Shown here: positions 8,850 to 17,715 of the stretch, in pieces
Position numbering within the stretch: the stretch's first letter is position 1
Layout of the letters: each line of letters opens with the position of its first letter
DNA from: Candidatus Omnitrophota bacterium
GTDB lineage: Bacteria; Omnitrophota; Gorgyraeia; Zapsychrales; Zapsychraceae
Direction of reading: 5' to 3'
Assembly: GCA_015233195.1 (NCBI GenBank)
Contig: JADFYE010000003.1
Location: 74,489 to 138,488 of the forward strand
DNA: 64,000 nucleotides
Translations under genes and position numbers: made by a program
Notes under the pieces: generated by a model
Databases searched by the model: none
Told to the model about the DNA's origin: nothing
What the model saw: the letters and a program-made list of their open reading frames with translations, nothing else

Positions 8850-10286
8850 ATGATAATTTCAATTCTTAATCCTTCATTTGGCGAGAATTTTGTACGGGTC
8901 GCACGCTGGGCTGCCAAATCGCGCGGTCGGGTGCAGCGTCATCCGGAATATTTGTTGACTGTTGCTCAATTGCTTTTAGACAAAGGTCACATAGTTAATT
9001 TTATTGAGGCTGCTGCCCGTAATTTTACGTCCGAACAGTCGTATGCCCTTATTCTTGAACAAAAGCCGCAATTAATCGTAATCCACGCTACTACTCCTTC
9101 GATTTATAGTGACATTGAACAAGCTTTAGAAATAAAAAAACGGATTAATTGCAAAGTGGTTTTTGTTGGTCAGCATGTTTCTGCTGAACCGGATAACACA
9201 TTTGCTATAGCTAAAGGTGCTGTAGATTATATTGCGCGTCGTGAATATGACGAAACTTTGATTGATATAGCGGCAGGGAAAGACCCTAAAAATATTTTAG
9301 GTCTCTCACATGTTCAAGATGGTCGAGTAATTCATAATGCTGATCGTCCTTGTTTGGATGTTAATATGCTGCCTTTCCCTGCTTGGCAATTAATTAAGCC
9401 TGAATGGTATCCAGATGCAGGAAAAAAATTCCCGTTTTTAACATTAATGACAGGTCGTGGGTGTAATAATGCCTGCACATTTTGCCGTGACCCGGAATTA
9501 ATGTATGGTCGAGTTATACGTACTCGGACGGCTATGCAAGTTGTAGATGAAATGGAATATGACTTAAAATTATTTCCGCAGCTTCGAGAAATTATGTTTG
9601 AGACAGATACTTTCACTGCTGATCCGGTTCATGTTAAAGCAGTTTGTGATGAAATTATTAAACGTGGATTAAATAAAAAAATTTCCTGGTCGTGCAATGT
9701 GCGCGTGAATGTTAAACTTGAGCTCCTTCCTTTAATGAAACAAGCAGGATGCAGGATGCTTATGGTCGGATTTGAATTTGGGTATAATGAAGCTTTACAA
9801 GCGGTTAAAAAAGGCGGAGTTACTATTGAAATGGCTAGGCAATTCGCTGAATATGCCCACAAGTTAGGGTTTACAGTTCACGGGTGTTTTATGATAGGCG
9901 CACCTGGCGAAACTAAAGAAACCGCCCAAAAGACCATAGATTTTGCCAAGTCTCTTCCTCTTGATACAATTCAGATAACTGGCATTGCGGTTTATCCAGG
10001 AACGTTTATGTATCAATGGGCAAAACAGAACGGCTATTTATTAGGGAAAGACTGGACTGATTGGCTTACCCCTGAAGGCGAACAAAAAACCATGCTTTCT
10101 TATCCGCAGTTGTCTAATATTGATATTGATATGTTAATTGATAAAGGATTAAAAGAATTTTATTTGCGACCAAAACAAATATGGCGGATGCTTATCTCTA
10201 TCCGCTCAATGGGTGATCTGCTGCGTAAACTCTACGGCTTTAAAGCTTTTCTTGATTATTTTTTGAAAAATAAACTTAATAAGTAA
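8850..10286 (+). CDS. B12-binding-domain radical SAM protein (class B rSAM), substrate unknown
   Basis: 478 aa. It has an N-terminal Rossmann-like B12-binding-type region and the CxxxCxxC cluster motif GRGCNNACTFCRD. It is one of only two plus-strand genes. Confidence 0.8.
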   Translation: MIISILNPSFGENFVRVARWAAKSRGRVQRHPEYLLTVAQLLLDKGHIVNFIEAAARNFTSEQSYALILEQKPQLIVIHATTPSIYSDIEQALEIKKRINCKVVFVGQHVSAEPDNTFAIAKGAVDYIARREYDETLIDIAAGKDPKNILGLSHVQDGRVIHNADRPCLDVNMLPFPAWQLIKPEWYPDAGKKFPFLTLMTGRGCNNACTFCRDPELMYGRVIRTRTAMQVVDEMEYDLKLFPQLREIMFETDTFTADPVHVKAVCDEIIKRGLNKKISWSCNVRVNVKLELLPLMKQAGCRMLMVGFEFGYNEALQAVKKGGVTIEMARQFAEYAHKLGFTVHGCFMIGAPGETKETAQKTIDFAKSLPLDTIQITGIAVYPGTFMYQWAKQNGYLLGKDWTDWLTPEGEQKTMLSYPQLSNIDIDMLIDKGLKEFYLRPKQIWRMLISIRSMGDLLRKLYGFKAFLDYFLKNKLNK

Positions 10287-10307
10287 CTTTATTTTTTTGA
10301 GAAAATA

Positions 10308-10568
10308 TTATTTAGTTCGATAAATGTCTTTGCGATGTCCGATTAAAAGTATATTTACTGATTTATTTTTTTCATCAATTTCATAAACAATACGATACTT
10401 GCCTTGGCGGATGCGATAACGTATTGAATATCCTCGGAGTTTTTGAGTATGTTGTGCGCGCGGTTCATGCTTTAACGCGATAATAATATCTTTTATGCGC
10501 TCCACATCAGGGATAGGCAAATAGTCTAAATCTTTTAATACACGTTTTTCAATAAAAACGGTATACAT
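10308..10568 (-). CDS. Type II toxin, RelE/ParE family
   Basis: 86 aa: MYTVFIEKRVLKDLDYLP...YRIRQGKYRIVYEIDEKNKSVNILLIGHRKDIY. This is the canonical RelE/ParE pattern. Its start overlaps the antitoxin stop by 1 nt. Confidence 0.85.
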   Translation of the reverse strand: MYTVFIEKRVLKDLDYLPIPDVERIKDIIIALKHEPRAQHTQKLRGYSIRYRIRQGKYRIVYEIDEKNKSVNILLIGHRKDIYRTK

Positions 10569-10819
10569 TACGCCTGCTTTTTTCGTGAGGATATATATTT
10601 TGTTAATTCTTCAGTTCCTATATATTGCGCGTTTTTAAGTCGCGTATCAACTATAGCATTGTCATCTCGCGTTTCTTGTTCTTCTCGAAGTTTTTCTTCC
10701 AGCGCCTGTGTTACAAAGAATCTAAGTTTGATCCCATTTCGATCGCAGTAGGTCATAACATTATTTTTAAGTTTAACTGGAACCCGTGCTCCCAAAGCCA
10801 CCATATCTGATGCAAGCAT
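10568..10819 (-). CDS. Type II antitoxin, ribbon-helix-helix (CopG/RelB-like)
   Basis: The start was trimmed from the track's TTG (10879) to the ATG at 10819, which is preceded by AAGGAGG 5 nt upstream. It is 83 aa. The N-terminal GARVPVKLKNNVMTYCDRNGIKLRFFVTQALEEKL fits a beta-helix-helix (RHH) fold. It lies immediately upstream of the toxin. Confidence 0.75.
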   Translation of the reverse strand: MLASDMVALGARVPVKLKNNVMTYCDRNGIKLRFFVTQALEEKLREEQETRDDNAIVDTRLKNAQYIGTEELTKYISSRKKQA

Positions 10820-10856
10820 AAGACCTCCTTTTGGTATCTTTATAAAACAAATGATA

Positions 10857-11501
10857 TCATATGATATCAATACTGTCAATGCAGTTAATATTTAAAATAG
10901 TATTAAAAGTCAGTAATAGTTTACTTATCTCTTCCGCGAATTGTTCCGCGTATTTTGGACCCGAAGCTGTAACAATATTTCCGTCTACAAATACCCCTTC
11001 TCCCTGATATTTCGCGCCTTTTTGGATGAACTGGTCTTTGGCGTCCGACCAAATAGTAGCGTTTTTGTCTTTTAATACTCCAGCATTGGCGAGTGTCATT
11101 GGCGCAAGGCAGATTGCGCCTAAAATTTTCTTTTTTCCTACAGTATTTTTTACAATTGAGTGGGCAATAAGATCGTCCCAATATTGAACTGAACCAGTGC
11201 CGCCAATAAAAATAACAGCGTCGTAATTTACCGGATCAATATCTAAATATAGAGTTTCAGTAGTTACTGTTTTTCCAGCCATTCCAGTGTGCTCTCCAAT
11301 TTTGGATGAAGCAAGAGTAACATTAGCGCCGCGTTTTTTAAAATAAGCTTCTGGTATAAATAACTCGTCTTCTTGAAAATTCATGTCTGGGATTATCATT
11401 ATAATGTTTTTGTTTTTTAAAGGTTGGGCGGCGTCTTGAGCGCCAGATGATAATGCGAAAATTAATGAAGTTAAAAATGCAAATAAAAATATTTTTTTCA
11501 T
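10857..11501 (-). CDS. DJ-1/PfpI family protein with a predicted Sec signal peptide
   Basis: 214 aa. MKKIFLFAFLTSLIFALSSGAQD is signal-like. The nucleophile-elbow motif ILGAICLAP and the VIFIGGTG block are typical of DJ-1/PfpI. Confidence 0.8.
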   Translation of the reverse strand: MKKIFLFAFLTSLIFALSSGAQDAAQPLKNKNIIMIIPDMNFQEDELFIPEAYFKKRGANVTLASSKIGEHTGMAGKTVTTETLYLDIDPVNYDAVIFIGGTGSVQYWDDLIAHSIVKNTVGKKKILGAICLAPMTLANAGVLKDKNATIWSDAKDQFIQKGAKYQGEGVFVDGNIVTASGPKYAEQFAEEISKLLLTFNTILNINCIDSIDII

Positions 11502-12799
11502 ATTTTTTGTAGCTCCTTATTTTCCATGCACAAATACACATTTATGTTTTTTCCATGGGTGTGTATTTGTTTGCTAAGACTTTGATAAAGTTTTTCACGT
11601 ATGCGATCATTATATCTAAGTTTATTATCAAAGCCATTTATAAATTCTTCGTCTAATATTGTGTTATTTGGGAAACGGGATTCAATAGTTTGTTTCTGTT
11701 TTATGGTCATGCGTAAAGTTCCCAGACTTATCCAGGCAATGTTTTCCGGCTTTATATTTTTAAATATTTGATTAATAACACCTGCGTATTTTTGTTCCCA
11801 ATTTTTAAAATAAATTATAGGGTCAAAATGAAAAGCTATTTTATAGCCATGATCCTGGCATTGTTTAGCGGCACTTAATCTTTCAGTTAACGACGCGGTA
11901 AAGTGTTCACAATTATCTATTATAATTTGAGGATTTAAAGACCAGGCTGTGATTATATTCGGAGAAGCTTTGCATTCTAAAAGATTTTGGATATTAACGC
12001 TCTTGGTCTTGAATTCGAATTGGATATGGGGTTTGTCAGCTAAAAACGGAATTATAATTTTTGAGTATCCGGTAATGTTATCAAATAATAATGAATCTGT
12101 AAATTGACCAGTACCGATTCGTATCGGATGCTTTATTTCGCCTAACTTTTGAAGATAATCGTCGATGTTGGCTGGGATTGCTATTCCAGGTGCGTTGGTG
12201 TAGGATTGTAAATAACAGTATTCACATTCAAAACCGCAGCCCATGCCGCAATTTAAAATTTGGTAACCGCAGCATACACAGTCTTTGGTACAGGGGCATG
12301 GGGATATAAAATCAAAATTTTCTTTTACAATAAATATTCGGTCTATTCTGCGGTTATATTTTGCTATCGAAAATTCTTCGGTTTTTATATGGTCGTTATA
12401 TGAATTTATTATTTGTAATGGTGTATGTGGATATAATTTTTTGATTTTTTCGACCAGTGCTGAATTAGCTACTATTTTCTCGACTAAGAATTCTTTTGGG
12501 TCGATAAGTAGTTTTTTATAAGTTAGGTCTACTTTGGTTTGCTGGTTGTTTAAAAAAGACGGGAATACTTTAATATTTGCGCGTTCTTCGTTGGTGCAAT
12601 TGGGAAAACGTTGCTTTAAGAGCAGACTTTTTACTCCTTCAAAATTTGTGTAGGTAATGGGTATATTTTGTAATATTTGTTCAGGGGACGTGTGGTCGCG
12701 TTTGGATATTTCATATATTAATCGGGTAACAGTTTGGAGTTTATTAACGCCAAACTTTGGGAAGCGGGATGAAATTAAAATTTTAATATTTTTTAACAT
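11498..12799 (-). CDS. SPL-family (spore-photoproduct-lyase-like / DNA-repair-photolyase-like) radical SAM protein with an extended N-terminus
   Basis: 433 aa. The cluster motif CGFECEYCYLQSY follows the C-x3-C-x-YCY pattern of SplB-like rSAMs. It is preceded by the extra Cys-rich stretch SPCPCTKDCVCCGYQILNCGMGC. Confidence 0.6.
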   Translation of the reverse strand: MLKNIKILISSRFPKFGVNKLQTVTRLIYEISKRDHTSPEQILQNIPITYTNFEGVKSLLLKQRFPNCTNEERANIKVFPSFLNNQQTKVDLTYKKLLIDPKEFLVEKIVANSALVEKIKKLYPHTPLQIINSYNDHIKTEEFSIAKYNRRIDRIFIVKENFDFISPCPCTKDCVCCGYQILNCGMGCGFECEYCYLQSYTNAPGIAIPANIDDYLQKLGEIKHPIRIGTGQFTDSLLFDNITGYSKIIIPFLADKPHIQFEFKTKSVNIQNLLECKASPNIITAWSLNPQIIIDNCEHFTASLTERLSAAKQCQDHGYKIAFHFDPIIYFKNWEQKYAGVINQIFKNIKPENIAWISLGTLRMTIKQKQTIESRFPNNTILDEEFINGFDNKLRYNDRIREKLYQSLSKQIHTHGKNINVYLCMENKELQKI

Positions 12800-13713
12800 A
12801 TTGTATTTTGTTTTATTATTTTAATTTCATTATCGCTGAGCGTCCAGGTTGTAGCTTCAACATTTTGTTTTACTTGTTCGGCGTTGCGGGCGCCGACCAG
12901 GACGCTGGATACACCACTTTGCGCTAAGAGCCAGTTAATTGCGATTTGGTTTAAAGGACGCTTGAATTCGCGTAATTTTTCTAAAAGTTTTGTGACTTGT
13001 TCAAATTTTTCACCTTTGTAATATTTATAAAAAAAATTGCGCGCGTCTGATCCCTCTAGTGTTGGTGGTTCAGTGTATTTTCCTGACAATATTCCTCCGG
13101 CTAACGGACCGTAGCATAAGACGTTTATATTATGTTTGCGGCAGTATGGTAAAGCATTGGTTTCTATTTCACGGTCGAGAATTGAATAGTGGTTTTGTAA
13201 AGTGGTTATTTCCGCGTATTGTTCAGCTTCTTCTAATAATTCATTGTTAAAATTCGATACTCCTATGTAACGGATCTTGCCTTGTTTTTTTAGTTCAGCT
13301 AATGCAGTCATGGTTTCTTTTAGCGGTGTGTTTGGATCGGGCCAATGGCATTGGTAAATATCTATATAATCAGTTTTAAGTCGCTGTAATGAGCCCTCGA
13401 TCTCAGTAAATATAGATTTTGCAGTTAAGTTGTTAGTAATGTTTTTACCTTTGCCTAACAAACCGCATTTATTTGCGAGTATGACTTTTGAACGTTTGTT
13501 TTGAATAGCTTTTCCGATTATAGTTTCGGATATTCCTGCTCCGTATATAGGCGCGGTATCAATGAGATTAATACCTAAATCTATTGCAGCATGGACCGCT
13601 TTTATGCAATCCGTTTGTTTACTGCCTCCCCAATGAGTCCCGCCAAAAACCCAGGTGCCTAAAGCAATACGGGATATTTGAATATCGCTATTTCTTAATG
13701 GAAAATATTTCAT
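12793..13713 (-). CDS. Aldo/keto reductase
   Basis: The start was trimmed from TTG 13764 to ATG 13713 (MKYFPLRNSDIQISRIALGTWVFGG...). The LIDTAPIYG and YIDIYQCHWPD blocks are AKR hallmarks. Confidence 0.88.
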   Translation of the reverse strand: MKYFPLRNSDIQISRIALGTWVFGGTHWGGSKQTDCIKAVHAAIDLGINLIDTAPIYGAGISETIIGKAIQNKRSKVILANKCGLLGKGKNITNNLTAKSIFTEIEGSLQRLKTDYIDIYQCHWPDPNTPLKETMTALAELKKQGKIRYIGVSNFNNELLEEAEQYAEITTLQNHYSILDREIETNALPYCRKHNINVLCYGPLAGGILSGKYTEPPTLEGSDARNFFYKYYKGEKFEQVTKLLEKLREFKRPLNQIAINWLLAQSGVSSVLVGARNAEQVKQNVEATTWTLSDNEIKIIKQNTIC

Positions 13714-13806
13714 TATCTTTTCTCTATTGTGGTGTTGTATAATTTTAATAAATCCGCATTGCAAATATTAACAGCAAATAACAGTCATTAACAAGATTAA
13801 TTTTAT

Positions 13807-14508
13807 ATGAATATTGATACAAAGTTATTATTTGGTCTTGAAAAAAATGAATTTAAGCAGACTTGTATAATTTTACCGGTCGCGTTGAAAGCTCTTCTGA
13901 ACGCTTTTGACGTTAAAAAAATTCCTGCTCAAGTTCCGTTCCCTGCAATTAATTGTGATGTGGGTACTGTGATAATTGGTAAAACCGGCGCAGCATATAT
14001 AGGTGATATGATGTTAGCGCTTGAAAAAACCTCTTGTCATAATTTGATCTTATTAGGTTCATGCGGTGTTATTGAGGAGACTTTAGAGTTAAAAATTGGT
14101 TCTTTAGTTACACCGGCATCGGCTTATGACCTGGAAAGTTTTTCAATGATGTTAAAAGGTGATTATAATGCGCCGCATGTGGTTAAGCCTTCGACTGATA
14201 TGTTCCGGTTTTTTAAAGAAGCTAATCGGAATGTTATTGAAGTTAGATGTGCTACGGTTGGTTCAATATTATTAGAGGATAAATTCAGCCGGGTTTTTCG
14301 TGATCATAAAATTGATGTAGTTGATATGGAATGTTCAGCGTTTTTTAACGCGGGACGCAAAGCTGGTAAAAATATTTTAGCGTTATTTTTTGTAACGGAT
14401 TCAGTACGGAAAAACAATGGTTATGTTTTGTGGGAAGTAGAACAAAAACAATTAATTAATGATGCCTGCGTTCGTTCAGTTGAGGTACTTAAAAAATGGC
14501 TGTTGTAG
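13807..14508 (+). CDS. Nucleoside phosphorylase superfamily protein (PNP/UDP/MTA-nucleosidase fold)
   Basis: 233 aa. LILLGSCGVIEE...IGSLVTPASAYD and the VDMECSAFF pattern match the PNP_UDP_1-type fold. The substrate is not assignable. Confidence 0.6.
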   Translation: MNIDTKLLFGLEKNEFKQTCIILPVALKALLNAFDVKKIPAQVPFPAINCDVGTVIIGKTGAAYIGDMMLALEKTSCHNLILLGSCGVIEETLELKIGSLVTPASAYDLESFSMMLKGDYNAPHVVKPSTDMFRFFKEANRNVIEVRCATVGSILLEDKFSRVFRDHKIDVVDMECSAFFNAGRKAGKNILALFFVTDSVRKNNGYVLWEVEQKQLINDACVRSVEVLKKWLL

Positions 14509-14511
14509 TTG

Positions 14512-14682
14512 TTATTTCTGGAATATATCTTTTTCTTCTGTAACTTGTTCTGCTTTTTGTTTTTCAACTGCGCCTTTAGTGCTTAAAAAAAGTAAAAGGA
14601 TTAAAATTACTGGCACAATTGCAAATGCGCAGACCGCCCAGATTTTTGGTTTACGTTTTAATGGGTCGTAAAATAAAGTCAC
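14512..14682 (-). CDS. Small single-TM membrane protein (56 aa), GTG-initiated, absent from the ORF track
   Basis: My own translation gives (V/M)TLFYDPLKRKPKIWAVCAFAIVPVILILLLFLSTKGAVEKQKAEQVTEEKDIFQK*. The SD AAAGGAG lies 6 nt upstream of the GTG at 14682. The ORF sits 12 nt downstream of xth in the same orientation. Confidence 0.4.
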   Translation of the reverse strand: MTLFYDPLKRKPKIWAVCAFAIVPVILILLLFLSTKGAVEKQKAEQVTEEKDIFQK

Positions 14683-14694
14683 GGTAAGCTCCTT

Positions 14695-15459
14695 TTATAT
14701 TATTTCTATCTCTATAGGGCAGTGATCTGACCCAACCACATCCTTAAGTATGGTTGCTTTTTTTACTTTATTTATCATATTATCTGAAACAAAAAAATAA
14801 TCAATACGCCAGCCTATATTTCTTTCACGGGCTTTGGTCTTGTAGTCCCACCATGTAAAATTATTTCCTGCTTGGTTAAAATGGCGGAAAGTATCAACGT
14901 AACCGTGATCTATAAATTTTGTTATCCAGGCGCGTTCTTCAGGTAGAAATCCAGTATTCTTTTCATTTTCTTTTGGTCGAGAAAGGTCAATTTCTTTGTG
15001 AGCAGTATTAACGTCACCACAAATAATTAAATGTTTTTCAGATTTTTTTAATTTGTCAGCGATAGTTAAGAAATGATCATAAAATGACATTTTAAAAGGT
15101 ACACGTTTATTGCCTGATCCACCGTTGGGAAAATAAATATTAAATAGTATAAAATCTTTATATTCGAGAATAAGTGTGCGTCCTTCAGCATCGAAATCCT
15201 TATGACTAAGACCAATTGTGCATTTTATTGGTTCACTTTTTGTGTATATTGCGACTCCGCTGTAGCCTTTTTTTATGGTTGAATACGCCCAGTAGGATTT
15301 GTAGCCTAAAGGATTTAGAATTTCGTCTGATAATTGGCTGGGCGCTGCCTTAGTTTCTTGCAGGCATAAAATATCTGGGGATTCTTTTTTGAACCATTCC
15401 CAAAATCTTTTTTTGGAAATAGCTCGGATGCCATTAACATTCCAACTAATAAGTTTCAT
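14695..15459 (-). CDS. xth: Exodeoxyribonuclease III
   Basis: 254 aa. MKLISWNVNGIRA, LCLQETK and the C-terminal GSDHCP are ExoIII/APE family motifs. Confidence 0.92.
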   Translation of the reverse strand: MKLISWNVNGIRAISKKRFWEWFKKESPDILCLQETKAAPSQLSDEILNPLGYKSYWAYSTIKKGYSGVAIYTKSEPIKCTIGLSHKDFDAEGRTLILEYKDFILFNIYFPNGGSGNKRVPFKMSFYDHFLTIADKLKKSEKHLIICGDVNTAHKEIDLSRPKENEKNTGFLPEERAWITKFIDHGYVDTFRHFNQAGNNFTWWDYKTKARERNIGWRIDYFFVSDNMINKVKKATILKDVVGSDHCPIEIEII

Positions 15460-16865
15460 GTGAGGTACTCATTTATAGATTTTGCTGCGATGCGTCCTTG
15501 CCCCATGGCTAAAATTACAGTTGCAGCGCCTGAAACTATATCGCCTCCCGCCCAGACTCCGGGTATTGAGGTTTTGCAATTTTCGTCAGTTATAATGTTG
15601 CCATTAGCATTAACATTTAGTTCAGGAGTAGTTTGTTTAATTAAAGGATTGGAGCCATTTCCAATTGCAATTATAACAGTGTTTATTTCCAGGTTAAATT
15701 CGCTGCCTTTAATTAAAACTGGACGAGGTCTGCCGGATGCATCAGGTTTGCCTAATTCATAACGCACGCATTCAATTTCTTTAACACATCCAGCTTCATC
15801 TGAAATAATTTTTTGAATATTCTGCAGTAAATGGAATTGTATGCCTTCTTCTTTTGCGTGCACAACTTCTTCAATTCTTGCTGGCATTTCTTTTTCAGTC
15901 CTACGGTATATTAAGTGCACTTCTTCTGCTCCGATACGCAATGCAGTACGTGCAGCATCCATAGCGACATTTCCGCCGCCTAAAACAGCTACTTTACGTC
16001 CAAAATATATTGGAGTTTCTTGTTGATCAGTTTGATAAGCTTTCATTAAATTCACACGGGTTAAATATTCATTGGCAGAAAAAACTCCAATACAATTTTC
16101 ACCTTCGATGTTTAGAAACTTTGGTAGACCAGCACCGGTTCCGATAAATATAGCGTCAAATCCGTCTTTTTTTATTAGATCCATAAGTTTACGGGTGCGA
16201 CCTATAATAAAATCAGTTGCGATTTTTACGCCTATAGATTTGAGGGAATTAATTTCTTTTTCTACTATTTTTTTAGGCAGCCGGAATTCGGGTATGCCAT
16301 AGGTCATTACTCCTCCAGGTTTGTGGAATGCCTCAAATATGGTCACAGCATGACCTTCTCGACATAGATCTGCCGCAACAGTTATACCGGCTGGACCGCT
16401 GCCTATGATAGCGATTTTTTTCCCAGTTTGGGGTTGAATATTTAAAGTATTTGAACTTGGTAGCTCTTTATCTGCGACAAAACGCTCTAAGCGTCCGATT
16501 GATACTGCATTGGCTTTGTCTTTTAGTATTTTTCCTAGCGTACAAGGAGCTTGGCATTGTTCTTCTTGGGGGCATACCCGTCCGCAGACTGCTGGTAATA
16601 AGCTGCTTTGTTTGATTATGCTTATTGATTTGGCGTAGTTATGTTCAGTTATTGCATGAATAAATGCTGGAATATTTATGTTTACAGGGCAGCCTTCAAT
16701 ACATGGTGCAGTTTTGCATTGTAAACAACGGTCAGCTTCTTTAAGTGCTTGTTTTTCGCTGTAGCCAAAAGCAACTTCTTCCATGTTTTTGATCCGCATT
16801 TCAGGCGGCTGACATGGCATTTCTTGCAATGGGATTGCTGCTCGTTCTTTAGGCGTTAAATTCAT
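15456..16865 (-). CDS. nfnB: GltD-like NADPH-dependent FAD/[4Fe-4S] oxidoreductase. It is probably the large subunit of NADH-dependent ferredoxin:NADP+ oxidoreductase.
   Basis: 469 aa. It has N-terminal Cys clusters (CLQCKTAPCIEGCPV; CGRVCPQEEQCQAPC) and two dinucleotide-binding motifs (IAIIGSGPAG; VAVLGGGNVAMD). It overlaps the upstream NfnA-like gene by 4 nt. Confidence 0.75.
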   Translation of the reverse strand: MNLTPKERAAIPLQEMPCQPPEMRIKNMEEVAFGYSEKQALKEADRCLQCKTAPCIEGCPVNINIPAFIHAITEHNYAKSISIIKQSSLLPAVCGRVCPQEEQCQAPCTLGKILKDKANAVSIGRLERFVADKELPSSNTLNIQPQTGKKIAIIGSGPAGITVAADLCREGHAVTIFEAFHKPGGVMTYGIPEFRLPKKIVEKEINSLKSIGVKIATDFIIGRTRKLMDLIKKDGFDAIFIGTGAGLPKFLNIEGENCIGVFSANEYLTRVNLMKAYQTDQQETPIYFGRKVAVLGGGNVAMDAARTALRIGAEEVHLIYRRTEKEMPARIEEVVHAKEEGIQFHLLQNIQKIISDEAGCVKEIECVRYELGKPDASGRPRPVLIKGSEFNLEINTVIIAIGNGSNPLIKQTTPELNVNANGNIITDENCKTSIPGVWAGGDIVSGAATVILAMGQGRIAAKSINEYLT

Positions 16866-17695
16866 AAATTTTTTAATTTACATTGGTGTAATGCGTTTTT
16901 TTCAAATTGTTTATACGAATTCAAACGTTTTATCATGTTGTCAAAATCAACTAAGTGTCCGTCGAATTCTGGTCCGTCAACACAAACGAATTTTGTTTCT
17001 TTGCCTACGGTAACTCTGCATCCTCCACACATTCCGGTTCCATCAATCATTATGGTGTTTAAGGAAACTAAGGTTGGGACTTTAAATGGACGGGTAGTTT
17101 CTGCACAGAATTTCATCATTACAGCTGGACCTATGGCAACTACTAAGTCAGGTTTAGGGTTAATTTCACAAAGTTGTTTTAATGGTTCAGTGACTAAAGC
17201 TTTTTTTCCATAGGATCCGTCGTCTGTACATATGATTAACTCATCCGCGATCTGTCGTAATTCATTTTCTAAAAGTATTAGGTCTTTGTTTCTTGCGCCG
17301 ATTATGACGGTTAATTTATTGCCTGCGTTCTTCATGCCTTGGGCGATCGGATATAATGGTGCGATACCGATACCTCCTCCTACGCAAATTACGTGTCCAA
17401 ATTTTTCAATATGAGTAGGCTTGCCTAATGGTCCGGCTAAATGTGCTATTTTGTCCCCTACGTTCATTTTTGACAGTAAGGTGGTAGTTTTTCCTACGGT
17501 TTGAAAAATTAAGGTTATTGAACCTTTACTTTGGTCTGCGTCAGCAATGGTTAATGGGATACGTTCAGAATCTTCAGATACTTGAAGAATTATGAATTGA
17601 CCAGGAAGCCGTTCTTCTGCGATTAAAGGAGCGTTTATTTTTATTTTGTAGACTTGCTCGGATAATTGTTGTTTTTCTATGATTAAATTTCGCAT
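16862..17695 (-). CDS. nfnA: Sulfide/dihydroorotate dehydrogenase-like FAD/NAD-binding protein, probably the NfnA small subunit
   Basis: 277 aa with a ferredoxin-NADP reductase-like fold and a C-terminal [2Fe-2S] motif (GTGMCGGCRV...FVCVDGPEF). It is paired with the GltD-like gene. Confidence 0.75.
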   Translation of the reverse strand: MRNLIIEKQQLSEQVYKIKINAPLIAEERLPGQFIILQVSEDSERIPLTIADADQSKGSITLIFQTVGKTTTLLSKMNVGDKIAHLAGPLGKPTHIEKFGHVICVGGGIGIAPLYPIAQGMKNAGNKLTVIIGARNKDLILLENELRQIADELIICTDDGSYGKKALVTEPLKQLCEINPKPDLVVAIGPAVMMKFCAETTRPFKVPTLVSLNTIMIDGTGMCGGCRVTVGKETKFVCVDGPEFDGHLVDFDNMIKRLNSYKQFEKNALHQCKLKNL

Positions 17696-17715
17696 GTTTA
17701 TATATCAGGAAGATA

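Noticed and set aside
13714-13764. N-terminal extensions in the ORF track that begin at TTG. Besides this AKR extension, they occur at 10820-10879, 25253-25294, 30563-30580, 42895-42921, 52839-52853, 55002-55016 and 56542-56583.
   Set aside because: The first codon in each case is TTG (plus-strand CAA). A downstream ATG gives a canonical family N-terminus or signal peptide, often with an SD or exact abutment to the upstream stop. The extensions would also create unnecessary gene overlaps.
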